A DNA stretch of 64,000 nucleotides, from assembly GCA_965216635.1 (NCBI GenBank), contig OZ244188.1, forward strand, positions 800,001 to 864,000, written 5' to 3'. Under the pieces are notes generated by a model. The model saw only the letters and a program-made list of their open reading frames with translations. It had not been told where the DNA came from and searched no databases. This DNA comes from a bacterium. Lineage in GTDB: Bacteria > SAR324 > XYD2-FULL-50-16 > G965216635. The position numbers were made by a program, and so were the translations under genes. The first letter of the stretch is position 1. Each line of letters starts with the position of its first letter. This document shows, in pieces, positions 40,147 through 50,331 of this stretch.

Positions 40147-42033
40147 TTAGGCTTTGAAAATTTCTTGAGCAGTCCTAACAACAATATCTTCAGACAATTT
40201 TTCTGTTTTTTCTGTTTCTGTTTTTTCTGGCTCTATTTTTTCTGGCTCTATTTTTTCTGGCTCTGTTTTTTCTGGTTCTATTTTTTCTGGCTCTATTTTT
40301 TCTTCTGGCTCATTCAGCAACAAACTCACTTCTATTTTTTCACCAAAAAACCGCTCTAGATAGTTTTCTAACTCTATCTGATACTCATTTGTCCAAAAAG
40401 ATAAAGACTCATCACTAGCTAAAATAAGCTTTTTATCTATTATTTTCTGTAATTGTAGCTGTTGTAATTGCTTTATTTTATAAGAGGAAGGATATTGATT
40501 TTTTAGCTCAGCTACGAATTTTTTATAATTCTCAAAATTCAAATTTTTTATTGGAGCAGTCATCTTTGTAGTTTGCGGATTCTGATTTTGCCAATCCGCT
40601 GGATTCGTGGGCTCTATTTTTTTGTTTATTTGTTGCACTGTAGCATCAGGCATAAAATTAGAAGCTGGCATTGATTCTGGTGTCAGTTCCGTCGTTGGTT
40701 CCGAAACAGAGACAGTTTGCTCTGCTGTTGGTTCTGTCGTTGGTTCCGAAACAGAGACAGTTTGCTCTGCTGTTGGTTCCGAAACAGAGACAGTTTGCTC
40801 TGCTGCTGGTTCCGAAACAGAGGCAGTTTGCTCTGTAACAGTACTAGTCTTCACTGCTTTTTGTACCTCTCTGCTAAAATTCTGACTTTGAATTGGTTCA
40901 TAATTGATAGTATTTTTTTCTAACTGATGAAGTATATCCTGCACTCTCGCTAAAGATTCTACTGAACACATTTTGATAATTCCCATTTCTATACAGAGCA
41001 TTGGAAATTGACTCGTTTTCCCTTGTTGCTCTACTTCTAATAAAATTTGAAAATACTGTTGCAATTTAGAAAGAGGTGTAAGCTCTAGCTTTTTTTGAAG
41101 TGTATCAGATTGGATAGGCTCATTGGTATTAGATTGAGGACAGCTTTTGAGTAATGAAATTTTATGCACTAGCAGTAAAAAATCACTTAAAATAATCTGC
41201 AACGGAATACCTTTGTTGCAAAGATTTTTGAAAAATATTAAAGCAGCAGTTATATCTTGCTCAATAATAGCAGAAAGTAACTCTTCTAAATCTTTGCTTT
41301 CTGTCATTTCCAAAATTTGACTTAAATCTTCATCTTTTATCTGTTTGCCGCAAAAAGCTAATAGCATATCAAGACTAGTAAGAGCCTCTCGCATAGCACC
41401 AGCAGCATTTTTAGCGATTTTTTTTAAGTTAGAATTACTAATTTCCATCCCTTCTTGTTGTGCTATATAAACTAAATGTGTTGCAATTTTTTCTGTATCT
41501 ATATTATGAAATTCGTACCTTTGGCAGCGAGATTGAATAGTTTGGGGTATTTTTTGGGGTTCTGTGGTTGCTAGAATAAATTTTACATGTGCGGGAGGTT
41601 CTTCTAAGCTTTTTAAAAGAGCGTTAAAAGATTCTACAGTGAGCATATGAGCTTCATCAATAATAAAAACTTTGAATTTATTTTGTATAGGTAAGTAAGC
41701 TAAATCTTCTCGGATTTTACGGATATTTTCTATACCTCTATTAGAAGCTGCATCTATTTCTATAATATCTGCTGAACCGCCTTGTTCTATAATTTGACAA
41801 TTTTTGCAAACACCACAAGGCTCTCCTTCTGTTGGATTTTGGCAAGCTAAAGCTTTAGCTAAAATCCTAGCACAGCTTGTTTTACCTGTTCCTCTACTAC
41901 CACAAAATAAAAAAGCTTGAGCTACTCTATTGTAGGTAACTGCATTTCTAAGAGTCTGCGATAAAATTTCTTGCCCTACTAGTTCTTTAAACATTTTAGG
42001 TCTCCATTTTCTCGCCAAAACTAGATAACTCAT
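40147..42033 (-). CDS. dnaX: DNA polymerase III subunit gamma/tau
   Basis: LARKWRP, GSRGTGKT, EIDAAS, IIDEAH, SRC. Confidence 0.97.
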   Translation of the reverse strand: MSYLVLARKWRPKMFKELVGQEILSQTLRNAVTYNRVAQAFLFCGSRGTGKTSCARILAKALACQNPTEGEPCGVCKNCQIIEQGGSADIIEIDAASNRGIENIRKIREDLAYLPIQNKFKVFIIDEAHMLTVESFNALLKSLEEPPAHVKFILATTEPQKIPQTIQSRCQRYEFHNIDTEKIATHLVYIAQQEGMEISNSNLKKIAKNAAGAMREALTSLDMLLAFCGKQIKDEDLSQILEMTESKDLEELLSAIIEQDITAALIFFKNLCNKGIPLQIILSDFLLLVHKISLLKSCPQSNTNEPIQSDTLQKKLELTPLSKLQQYFQILLEVEQQGKTSQFPMLCIEMGIIKMCSVESLARVQDILHQLEKNTINYEPIQSQNFSREVQKAVKTSTVTEQTASVSEPAAEQTVSVSEPTAEQTVSVSEPTTEPTAEQTVSVSEPTTELTPESMPASNFMPDATVQQINKKIEPTNPADWQNQNPQTTKMTAPIKNLNFENYKKFVAELKNQYPSSYKIKQLQQLQLQKIIDKKLILASDESLSFWTNEYQIELENYLERFFGEKIEVSLLLNEPEEKIEPEKIEPEKTEPEKIEPEKIEPEKTETEKTEKLSEDIVVRTAQEIFKA

Positions 42034-42109
42034 AAATTGACTGTTGATATATTATTGTCTTTAAAGTATATTTATAAAAAAATAACTTTTCAAAAAAAAT
42101 TGATTACTT

Positions 42110-43003
42110 GTGAATAAAAAAATTATTACACTAGGACCTAAAGGAACATACAGCGATTTAGCAGCCTCAAAACTACCAGCATCTCACACGCGAACCTATA
42201 CACAAACTATCTCTGAAATTTGCCCTTTTGTAATAAAAAGTCAAGATTTTATTGGTGTTATTCCGGTGGAAAATTCTGCTGTTGGCTTGATTTTGTTAAG
42301 TTTAGATTCCATCACTACTCATAGAGTAAGCATTATTGCAGAAATTACAATCCCTATTTCTTTTAGCCTGATTTCTTATTTAAGTTCAGAAAAGATTAAA
42401 CAGTATTATATTCATAGAGAAACTTTTAACCAATGTTCCAAATTTATTCAAAAAAAATTAAAAAACAGCGAACCTATTTTTTGTGAAAGTAACGTAAAAA
42501 CCGCCAAACAATTTAAAAAAAAAAAAGATAAACATTTGGCAGCGATTGTACCTTCTTTTCTTTGCAAAGAAAAATCTTTTCAAAAATATTATCAAAAACA
42601 CTCCATAGAAGATCATAAAAACAATTGCACTCGCTTTTGGGTTCTCAAAAAAGAAGTTACTGATTTAAACAATATCAAAGAAAAATCTAAAATTTCCATT
42701 TATATTGAATTTCGTAAAGATGAGCCTTCTTTGCTTTACAAAACTCTAGGGGTTTTTGACAAATACAAGTTTAATATGACTATGCTTTCTTCTCGTCCTT
42801 TACCTGAAAAAAATTTAGTAGGTGAAAGTTGGACTTATGGTTTTTTTATAGATTTTCAAATAAAAAACAAAAAACAAGAAAAAAAAGTTTTAAAACTTTT
42901 AGAGCATTTTAAAAAAAAAAAAATTTATTGTAAAGTTTTAGGAGCTTATCAAAATATTGAAAATATGAATAGTGAAGAAATTTTTATACTTTTGAATGAA
43001 TAA
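42110..43003 (+). CDS. pheA: Prephenate dehydratase with ACT domain, divergent
   Basis: LGPKGTYS, PVENS, TRF, SRP, FFID, LGAY. Confidence 0.85.
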   Translation: MNKKIITLGPKGTYSDLAASKLPASHTRTYTQTISEICPFVIKSQDFIGVIPVENSAVGLILLSLDSITTHRVSIIAEITIPISFSLISYLSSEKIKQYYIHRETFNQCSKFIQKKLKNSEPIFCESNVKTAKQFKKKKDKHLAAIVPSFLCKEKSFQKYYQKHSIEDHKNNCTRFWVLKKEVTDLNNIKEKSKISIYIEFRKDEPSLLYKTLGVFDKYKFNMTMLSSRPLPEKNLVGESWTYGFFIDFQIKNKKQEKKVLKLLEHFKKKKIYCKVLGAYQNIENMNSEEIFILLNE

Positions 43004-43718
43004 TAATTGCATTTTTGTAGGCGGTTTGTCGGGCAGTGGAAAAACTCATTGGTTACTAAATTCAAAACACTATTTGGAAACTCAAAAAATAACCTGCGGT
43101 CTTTTTAAACCTTTTGAAACAGGAGCAGCAGAAAAAAAAGCACAAGATAAAGCAAGCGACGGAGAACTGTATTTAAGCCAAGAAAAACAAAGCATAGGGT
43201 TAAATGCCTTAAACCCTTATAGCTCTCATCAATCTTTTCCACTAGCTTTTGCAAGCCAAAGCGAAGGCTTTAAAATTTCTTTAGAAAAGCTAGAAAAAAA
43301 ATTTATACAAGCAAAAGCTCATAAAAATTTGTTATTGGTGGAGCTTTTAGAAGGAATTTTTCATCCTTTGAGCGAGGGAATCTATCTATTAAACTGGCTA
43401 AAAAAAAAAACCACCAAGTTGCTTTGGTTGATGGATCTTGACAGCAGCAAATTTTTATGGAATCAATTAGAACTGAAATCACTTAGTGAAGCTGGTTTTC
43501 AAAGTTTCATCATTCTCAACAATTATAAAAAAAATTTGGATACAGAATGGATAAAATACTACTGGCTAGAAAGTGAAAAAAAAAAAAACTGTACGGTTAT
43601 CGGTTTATTGCCTCTACTGACTGACTTAAAAAATTTGGCGGATAGAAAAGAAAAAGAACCACCTTGCAAAGAAATAGTAGAAATTTGGAAAAAAATTTCT
43701 AAGATCTACTCTATTTAA
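42996..43718 (+). CDS. Dethiobiotin synthase-like P-loop protein, divergent
   Basis: FVGGLSGSGKT, FKPFETG, SDG, LLLVE. Confidence 0.55.
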   Translation: MNNNCIFVGGLSGSGKTHWLLNSKHYLETQKITCGLFKPFETGAAEKKAQDKASDGELYLSQEKQSIGLNALNPYSSHQSFPLAFASQSEGFKISLEKLEKKFIQAKAHKNLLLVELLEGIFHPLSEGIYLLNWLKKKTTKLLWLMDLDSSKFLWNQLELKSLSEAGFQSFIILNNYKKNLDTEWIKYYWLESEKKKNCTVIGLLPLLTDLKNLADRKEKEPPCKEIVEIWKKISKIYSI

Positions 43719-43727
43719 TTCAAAAGT

Positions 43728-45203
43728 ATGAAAAAATTTTATCTTACTTGGTTTATTTATTTTCTTTTTATAAGTATTTCCTTTGCAGAATCTAGCAAAA
43801 CACATCTCAAACTAGGGATGGCGTTAGAACCACCCCATTTAGACCCTACCGCAGGCGCTGCTGGAGCTATTGACGAGATTGTCTATAACAACCTTTTTGA
43901 AGGTTTAGTTGCTTTGGATAAGGCAGGGCAAATACAACCTCTTTTGGCTAGAAAATGGACGATTTCTAAAGATAGAAAAAGTTATACTTTTGAATTACAG
44001 CAAAATGTTTTTTTCCACGATGGTAAAAAATTCACCGCAGACGATGTTGTTTTTTCCTTAAGTAGAATTGTAGCAGAAAAAAGCGTTAACGCCCAAAAAG
44101 TTCTTTATCAACCTATAAAAGCCATTCATAAATTAGGAACTCACAGAGTTTTGATAGAATTAAAGTTTCCTTACAGAAATTTTCTTTATTATTTGGCTTG
44201 GGGAGATGCCGTGGTTGTCAACTCTAAAAACTATAAACAAAATAAAATTCACCCCATTGGAACTGGTCCTTTTCAATTTAAAAAATGGATACGTGGCAAT
44301 AGAGTAGAACTCAAAAAAAACACGAAATACTGGGCTAAAAAACCAGCACTAGAGAAGGTTTCGTTTTTCTTCATCGCAGACCCCGCTAATTCTTTTTATT
44401 CACTCTTAAGCGGAAATATAGATGCTTATGCAAATTTCCCTTCCCCTGAAAATATTACTTTATTACAAAAAGACAAACGGTTTAAAATAGTAATTGGTAA
44501 TACAGAAGGAGAAACTCTGCTCGCTATGAATAATAAAAAAAGTCCTTTAAACAATATAAAAGTAAGGCACGCCATTCAGTATGCAGTCAATCGTAAAGAA
44601 ATCATTCACGGGGCTATGTTTGGTTATGCTACTCCCATCGGCAGCCATTTTTCTCCCAACCACAAAGACTATTTGGATTTGAGCAATCACTACTCATTTA
44701 ACATAAAAAAAGCAAAATCTTTGCTAGAACAGGCTGGTTATCCAAACGGCTTTCAAGCTACTTTAAAATTACCGCCTCCAAGTTATGCTAGACGGAGCGG
44801 AGAAATTTTGGTGCAACAATTAAGTAAAATTGGTATCCGCTTAAAAATAGTGCCAGTAGAGTGGGCGCAGTGGTTACAGGATGTTTTTAGAAACAAGGAG
44901 TATGATTTTACAATTATAGCCCATACAGAGCCTTACGATTTTAATATTTACGCTAGAGAAAATTATTATTTTAACTACCAAAATAATCATTTCGATGCTT
45001 TAGTGGAAGAATTAAAACAAACTTTTTCTACGAAAAAAAGAAAAATTCTACACCACCTAATAATGCGAAAACTCACAGACGACTCTGTCAATGTGTTTTT
45101 ATTTCAAAGACCTAAACTAGGTGTTTGGAAAAAAAATGTTAAAGGCTTGTGGGAGAATAGCCCCATCCAAGCTAATGTGCTACGCGATGTTGTTATTCAA
45201 TGA
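43728..45203 (+). CDS. ABC substrate-binding protein, family 5
   Basis: EPPHLDPT, FHDG, PIGTGPF. Confidence 0.92.
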   Translation: MKKFYLTWFIYFLFISISFAESSKTHLKLGMALEPPHLDPTAGAAGAIDEIVYNNLFEGLVALDKAGQIQPLLARKWTISKDRKSYTFELQQNVFFHDGKKFTADDVVFSLSRIVAEKSVNAQKVLYQPIKAIHKLGTHRVLIELKFPYRNFLYYLAWGDAVVVNSKNYKQNKIHPIGTGPFQFKKWIRGNRVELKKNTKYWAKKPALEKVSFFFIADPANSFYSLLSGNIDAYANFPSPENITLLQKDKRFKIVIGNTEGETLLAMNNKKSPLNNIKVRHAIQYAVNRKEIIHGAMFGYATPIGSHFSPNHKDYLDLSNHYSFNIKKAKSLLEQAGYPNGFQATLKLPPPSYARRSGEILVQQLSKIGIRLKIVPVEWAQWLQDVFRNKEYDFTIIAHTEPYDFNIYARENYYFNYQNNHFDALVEELKQTFSTKKRKILHHLIMRKLTDDSVNVFLFQRPKLGVWKKNVKGLWENSPIQANVLRDVVIQ

Positions 45204-45270
45204 AATTGATAATAATATTGAAATACTGAGGAAGGCAAACATTAAGCAACCGAAGAAGAACTTAATAGAA

Positions 45271-45452
45271 TAGACCTTTGAATTTGCCAAATAGAACAAA
45301 ACTAGCTGTGACGGCTAGCCAAATGGTTAGAACAGGTGCAAAAAAAATTTTTAGCTCGTAGGAATACTGAAGAGTATTTCTTCACAAATGACAAGAGTTA
45401 AAAAAAATTTTCACCGCTGCATAGGCTAAACAGAATGCAAATTAAAAGTCTA
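45271..45452. mobile_element. MITE-like element with TAGAA direct repeat
   Basis: TAGAA-TAGACCTTTG...AAAGTCTA-TAGAA. Confidence 0.88.
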
Positions 45453-45486
45453 TAGAATAAAAGGTTAATGCGACAAAATTTCAGTG

Positions 45487-46587
45487 CTAGCTAGAGGGAA
45501 TATTCCACTTGTAGCGAATTTTTAAACCGTTCAGTTTTGAAACTTTTTTTAGTGATTTGTCTCCTTTAAATCTTTCTTGTAATCTACCAACAACAATACC
45601 TTCAGCAACACCAACTTTTTCAGCAAATTTATAAATAGAATTTTTATCTAAAGAGAGATTTATAAGATCAGAATTATATTTTGGAGGAATTAATTGCTCT
45701 CTTGCAAAGATATCTGCTTCTTCCTCTTCTTTATTACTGATGTTTTCTATTTCAAGGAAAAACATTTTTTTAGCATGTAAAAGTAAATGAGCTATTTCAT
45801 GGAAAAAAGAAACCCAAAGATGATCGTTAGTTTTATAGCGTAAACTTAGCATCAAAAGAGCTTTATCTTGAGAAAGCCAGCGAGTAGCTCCACTAACAGG
45901 GCACCCGCTAGGATGAGGTAAAAATACAACAGCCACTCCGCAGTCAGCACAGTCTTTTGTAAGTTTAGGGATAAAAATTGATGGTACTGTTTCATTGGTT
46001 AGGTTTCTTAGTTTAGGCAACAATTGGGTAAGTTTTTTTTTATTAAAAGGCTCGCATTTTATTTTTGAAGCCATTATTTCACCCTGCCTAATCCAAGTGC
46101 TAACAGCTTCTGGTTTTTTTTCAAATTCTTTAGAAGCTTTAAAAGCTGCTAAAGGTTTTAAATAAATTTTTTTCCATTCCACGTTTGAAGAAACTCCAAA
46201 AAATGCTAAACAGGCTTGTAATTGTTCTTTCTTTTCCTTTAATTTAGGAATCCAGCCAAATTTCACCATCTGTTTGATGGGAAATTTTTTAAGCCATTCC
46301 TTCTGTTGCTCTAATTCCTTTTTTTGTTTTTGACGAGATAAGTTTGCGCGATAAAAAGATTCTAATTTAAGCCAAAAATGAATAGAGGAACCTAATACTT
46401 TTACTAAGTTCAAAGCAATATCTTCTGTGATAACAGTTTTTCCTTTAAGAAGATGCTCTACATTATTTTTCGTAAATCCCATTCGCTTTGCAAATTCTTC
46501 TATTGTCCATTGATTTTTCTTTAATACTTCTTTGATATTTTCACCGGGAGGACAAGCCCAATCAGGTTCAAATTCTTTTTCAATCAT
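45487..46587 (-). CDS. HigA-like HTH fused to ImmA/IrrE-type metallopeptidase
   Basis: PDWACPPGE, Xre HTH, FWLKLE, FFHEIAH (HEXXH), EEEAD. Confidence 0.9.
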   Translation of the reverse strand: MIEKEFEPDWACPPGENIKEVLKKNQWTIEEFAKRMGFTKNNVEHLLKGKTVITEDIALNLVKVLGSSIHFWLKLESFYRANLSRQKQKKELEQQKEWLKKFPIKQMVKFGWIPKLKEKKEQLQACLAFFGVSSNVEWKKIYLKPLAAFKASKEFEKKPEAVSTWIRQGEIMASKIKCEPFNKKKLTQLLPKLRNLTNETVPSIFIPKLTKDCADCGVAVVFLPHPSGCPVSGATRWLSQDKALLMLSLRYKTNDHLWVSFFHEIAHLLLHAKKMFFLEIENISNKEEEEADIFAREQLIPPKYNSDLINLSLDKNSIYKFAEKVGVAEGIVVGRLQERFKGDKSLKKVSKLNGLKIRYKWNIPSS

Positions 46588-46608
46588 AATGACTACCTAT
46601 ATATATAA

Positions 46609-46748
46609 TTGACCTTAGAATTTGCGTTATGTGACGGCTAGGCAAGGCGAAAAAAAATTTTAGCTCGTAGGAATACTGAAGTATTTCAAGAGTTAAAATT
46701 TTTTTTCAACGATGCATAGGCTAAACAGAACGCAAATTCAAAAGTCTA
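46609..46748. mobile_element. MITE-like element inserted in the 3' end of the HigB-like gene
   Basis: TATATAATT repeated on both sides of GACC...AGTC. Confidence 0.9.
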
Positions 46749-47060
46749 TATAATTTTTATTTTTATTACTCCATCCCACGTCATTCCACCATCGTTCTTC
46801 TTTGGAATAGCACCATCTGGCACAAAAAGCACTCTGCTTCCTTTATCCAAATCCACAGAATATTCTCCTTTTCTGTTGCCTTTTAATTCATGAGGATCTC
46901 CAAATCGTAATCCTTCTTTTCCTTCTACATTTTTTCTAGCATCCAATTCAAACAAGCGTACCTGCAACAAAGAAGCACGATGTTTGCCGAGTTTTTTCTG
47001 TGCTACTTTTTCTTCTTCACAGATTTTTCTTAGTTTTTCATTTTTAAAAGAAATTTTCAA
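46746..47060 (-). pseudogene. HigB/RelE-family toxin truncated by MITE; original end at 46580
   Basis: PHELKGNRKGEYSVDL; removing the element restores IKIIYIGSHYD-stop. Confidence 0.8.
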
Positions 47061-47168
47061 GACTTCAAAGCATTAAAGTAGGCAAAAATTGTTCACAAGT
47101 AAAAATTGTTCACAAGTCTAGAGTATATTAAAAAAATAAAATTTTAGCAAAAAAAAAAATACTCAACG

Positions 47169-47226
47169 CTAAAAACTTTTTCTAAGACAAGCTGGAACAT
47201 AGAGCCGCTAGCTCCCATCAGCAGAG
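47169..47226 (-). repeat. Degenerate copy of the 3' end of permease 49373-50281
   Basis: 33/39 nt match to 49373-49411 plus shared atcagcagag. Confidence 0.75.
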
Positions 47227-47383
47227 TTTAAGAAGAGATTAACTCAATTTTGTAAAAAATTCAATTTGCTTTTTTTATTGCAAAGTTGAACTTTTTTAAA
47301 ACCAATACAAAAAACTCTTTGTTTTTTACAAAATTAGACTAAAATAGAATTCAAAATGATAAAAAACCTTTTAATTTTTAATA

Positions 47384-49318
47384 GTGAATTTTTTGTATTG
47401 GAAATTTTTTAAAGAATCACAGATTTATTCTCTTCCTTTGGTATTTTTTGGAGTAATGTTTGTTTTGGGTCTTTGCTACCAATTCTCTCTGCTTTATGTT
47501 TTTGCTTATCCTTTAACGGCTAGGAGTATTCAAGCCTTTTTGTTAGGTTTGTGCCGACACGCACAGCTATCGGCTATTTTTAGTCTTTTCCCGCTTGTTT
47601 TATTTTTTCTAAAATTGAAATGGCAGAAAATTTTTATTCAAGTTTTAGCGACTGCCTATTTTATTTTTCTTTATATTGACTGGAGATATAGTTTGCAGTT
47701 CGGCACACATATACCCTTTTCGGCAATGCAATATTTAGGCATCAAAGAAACACAGCAAAGCATGATAGATGAACTTTTAAAGCTAGATTTTTTCTTTTTT
47801 GTTATCCTCCCGAGTCTGTTTTTGTTTGTTTGGTTGAGATTTTATAAATCTCGTTTTTCTACATTTGTTTGGCGGAGAAAACTACGATTGGTAGCTCAAA
47901 CTTTTTTTTTGATTTTACTTATAGGCTCTATTCCCGCTAGTTATGCAAATAGCTACTTGGGAAAATCCAAACAAGATATTTTGACTACAAACTCTGTGCT
48001 TTATTTTTTAAAATCTAAGGATGTTATTTTAAACCAAGTTTCAGAAAAACCTAGCGAAGAATTAAAAACAATCCAAAAGTATTTGGGTGATATTTCTGGG
48101 AGTGGTTTTTTAGATTTTGATTATCCTTTGGTAAGAAAATTTACAGGTAGTAGCTGTAGTCAAGATAAGAAAAATGTTTTAGGCGAGTCTTTGTGTAATC
48201 TTTATACAAAGCCGAATATTATTTTTGTGATGTTAGAATCTTTTCGGGCTGAGGATGTTGGTGTTTATGGTGGAAAGCTCCCTTTAACACCAAATTTTGA
48301 TAAATTAGCAACCCAAGGTATTTTATTTCGCAATTTTTTTGCCAATGGATTTCAGACAAAACACGGAGAAGTGGCTAGCCTTTGCTCAATGATGCCAAAC
48401 TATGGCAGGGCAGCTTTAGCGGGCTACCACAAAAACAATTATCTTTGCCTATCACAGGTTTTAGAAAAAATAGGCTATCAAACTTCTTTTTTTCACAATG
48501 GAGATTTGGCTTTTGATAATCAATATCCTTTTTTACAAAAAAATCATTTTCAAATAATTTTTGATAAATTTTCTTTTCCTAAAAATACAGAAAAACTAGG
48601 TTGGGGCTATTCCGATGAAGCTCTTTTTACACATTGGATAAAAGAGTTAGATAAAGCAAAAGAGCCTTTTTTTACAGTAGGGCTAACCTTGACTAGTCAC
48701 CATCCTTACGATGTACCAGAAGACTATAGACTTGCCTTAAAAAAGCTCAACCTTGGTGAAAGCAATCAAGCAAAATTTTTTGAATCCTTGTTTTATTTGG
48801 ATGCTCAGCTGGGTCAATTTATGCAAACAATTCAGCAAAAAAAATGGTATAAAAATACGTTAGTTTTTGTTTTTGCTGATACTTCCCATTATATTAAACC
48901 CCAAGAACAACCACAGAATTTTTATGAAACTGTTGTTTTGCACAGTCAAATTCCGCTTTTGATTTTAGGAGATAAACTGCAAGCAAAAGAAATAAAAACC
49001 TATGCCAGTCAATTAGATTTAGCTCCGACAGTAGCGGAGCTTTTGGGTTTGTCTTTGAATTCTCCTTGGGTAGGGGTTTCCTTGTTAAAACCACAAAATT
49101 TATCTTTTGCTTATACCAACAGACCATTTGGTTATTGGGCAAGTTTAGCAGCAGCGGGAAGTTTGATTCTTTTAGAAGATAAAACTGTATTGGTTCATGG
49201 TGAACTACCTGCAAAAAAAGAAGCTGATTTAATATCCTTTTCTAGTAGTTGGATTGTGAGCCAGAGGTGGCTGTTGCAGAACAACCGTATTTGGAATAAT
49301 AGATTCTTAAAACACTAG
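47384..49318 (+). CDS. LTA synthase / sulfatase-family membrane protein
   Basis: N-terminal TM helices, PNIIFVMLES, catalytic-position Thr, TSHHPY. Confidence 0.88.
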   Translation: MNFLYWKFFKESQIYSLPLVFFGVMFVLGLCYQFSLLYVFAYPLTARSIQAFLLGLCRHAQLSAIFSLFPLVLFFLKLKWQKIFIQVLATAYFIFLYIDWRYSLQFGTHIPFSAMQYLGIKETQQSMIDELLKLDFFFFVILPSLFLFVWLRFYKSRFSTFVWRRKLRLVAQTFFLILLIGSIPASYANSYLGKSKQDILTTNSVLYFLKSKDVILNQVSEKPSEELKTIQKYLGDISGSGFLDFDYPLVRKFTGSSCSQDKKNVLGESLCNLYTKPNIIFVMLESFRAEDVGVYGGKLPLTPNFDKLATQGILFRNFFANGFQTKHGEVASLCSMMPNYGRAALAGYHKNNYLCLSQVLEKIGYQTSFFHNGDLAFDNQYPFLQKNHFQIIFDKFSFPKNTEKLGWGYSDEALFTHWIKELDKAKEPFFTVGLTLTSHHPYDVPEDYRLALKKLNLGESNQAKFFESLFYLDAQLGQFMQTIQQKKWYKNTLVFVFADTSHYIKPQEQPQNFYETVVLHSQIPLLILGDKLQAKEIKTYASQLDLAPTVAELLGLSLNSPWVGVSLLKPQNLSFAYTNRPFGYWASLAAAGSLILLEDKTVLVHGELPAKKEADLISFSSSWIVSQRWLLQNNRIWNNRFLKH

Positions 49319-49372
49319 GCTATCTCATAATGTCAATGCACTAGTTTTGCTGTTTTAGAAAGTTTCTATCCT

Positions 49373-50281
49373 TTAGAAACTTTTTCCGAGACAAGCTGGA
49401 ACATGGAGGCGAATGCGATTTTTATCAGCAGAGATAACAATCAATACTAGAATTGTGGCAGCGTAAGGTAGCATAGACATTAAAGCGGGAGAAATACCAA
49501 CGCCTAGTCCTTGCAAATAGAATTGGGCTAGGAGTATTCCTCCAAATAGGTAGGAGCCCAGCATTAGATTGTAGGGTTTCCAAGTAGAAAAAACTACTAA
49601 AGCTAAAGCAATCCAACCTCTACCTGCAGTAATTTCTTCTGCCCAATGGGGAGTGTAAATCAAGGACATATAGGCACCTCCAATGCCCGCCATAGCAGCT
49701 CCAAAAGCTATTGCAAGACTGCGAACCATTTTTACAGAATAACCCATATTGTAGGCTGTGGTGTGGTTTTCCCCTACTGCTTTAAGGATCAGTCCCGCTC
49801 TTGTTTTATGCAAGAAAAAATGTACGAGAAAAACAGCTATAATAGAAAAATAAACTAAAATATCGTGATTAAATAAAAATTTACCGAATAAAGGGATTTT
49901 GTGAAGCAGTGGGATAGGAATAGAAGGTATTTTGTTTATAGTGATACCTACATAAGGCTTTCCGAGTAAAGAACTCAATCCAATTCCAAAAATTGTCATT
50001 GCTAGCCCTGTTGCTATTTGATTGGTTTTAAGAAATTGGGTTAGAAACATAAAAATACCAGCAACTATTACAGATGCTATTGCTGCTGTAGGAATTCCAA
50101 GTAGGCTGATACCTGTAATGCTAGCAGTCGCAAAACCAGCAACTGCTCCTATTAACATAAGTCCCTCTAATCCCAAATTGATGACTCCTGCTTTTTCTAC
50201 AACTAACTCCCCTAGAGCAGCTAACAAAATAGGGGTAGCTGCTATTAACATTGAGGATAAAAAAATTCCTATAAAATCCAT
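49373..50281 (-). CDS. Nucleoside-type ABC permease (second)
   Basis: EKAGVINLGLEG, AGRGWIALA, MLPY. Confidence 0.92.
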   Translation of the reverse strand: MDFIGIFLSSMLIAATPILLAALGELVVEKAGVINLGLEGLMLIGAVAGFATASITGISLLGIPTAAIASVIVAGIFMFLTQFLKTNQIATGLAMTIFGIGLSSLLGKPYVGITINKIPSIPIPLLHKIPLFGKFLFNHDILVYFSIIAVFLVHFFLHKTRAGLILKAVGENHTTAYNMGYSVKMVRSLAIAFGAAMAGIGGAYMSLIYTPHWAEEITAGRGWIALALVVFSTWKPYNLMLGSYLFGGILLAQFYLQGLGVGISPALMSMLPYAATILVLIVISADKNRIRLHVPACLGKSF

Positions 50282-50331
50282 TATTTTTTAATATTTTAGG
50301 TTATCTGAAATTCATACCAAACTATTTAAAA

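Noticed and set aside
40129..40923. Repetitive antisense ORFs over dnaX
   Set aside because: Open only because of the dnaX tandem repeats
41086..41100. A AAA AAG slippery site as dnaX programmed frameshift
   Set aside because: Falls near codon 315 inside the clamp-loader core, has no clear stimulatory hairpin, and such runs are common here
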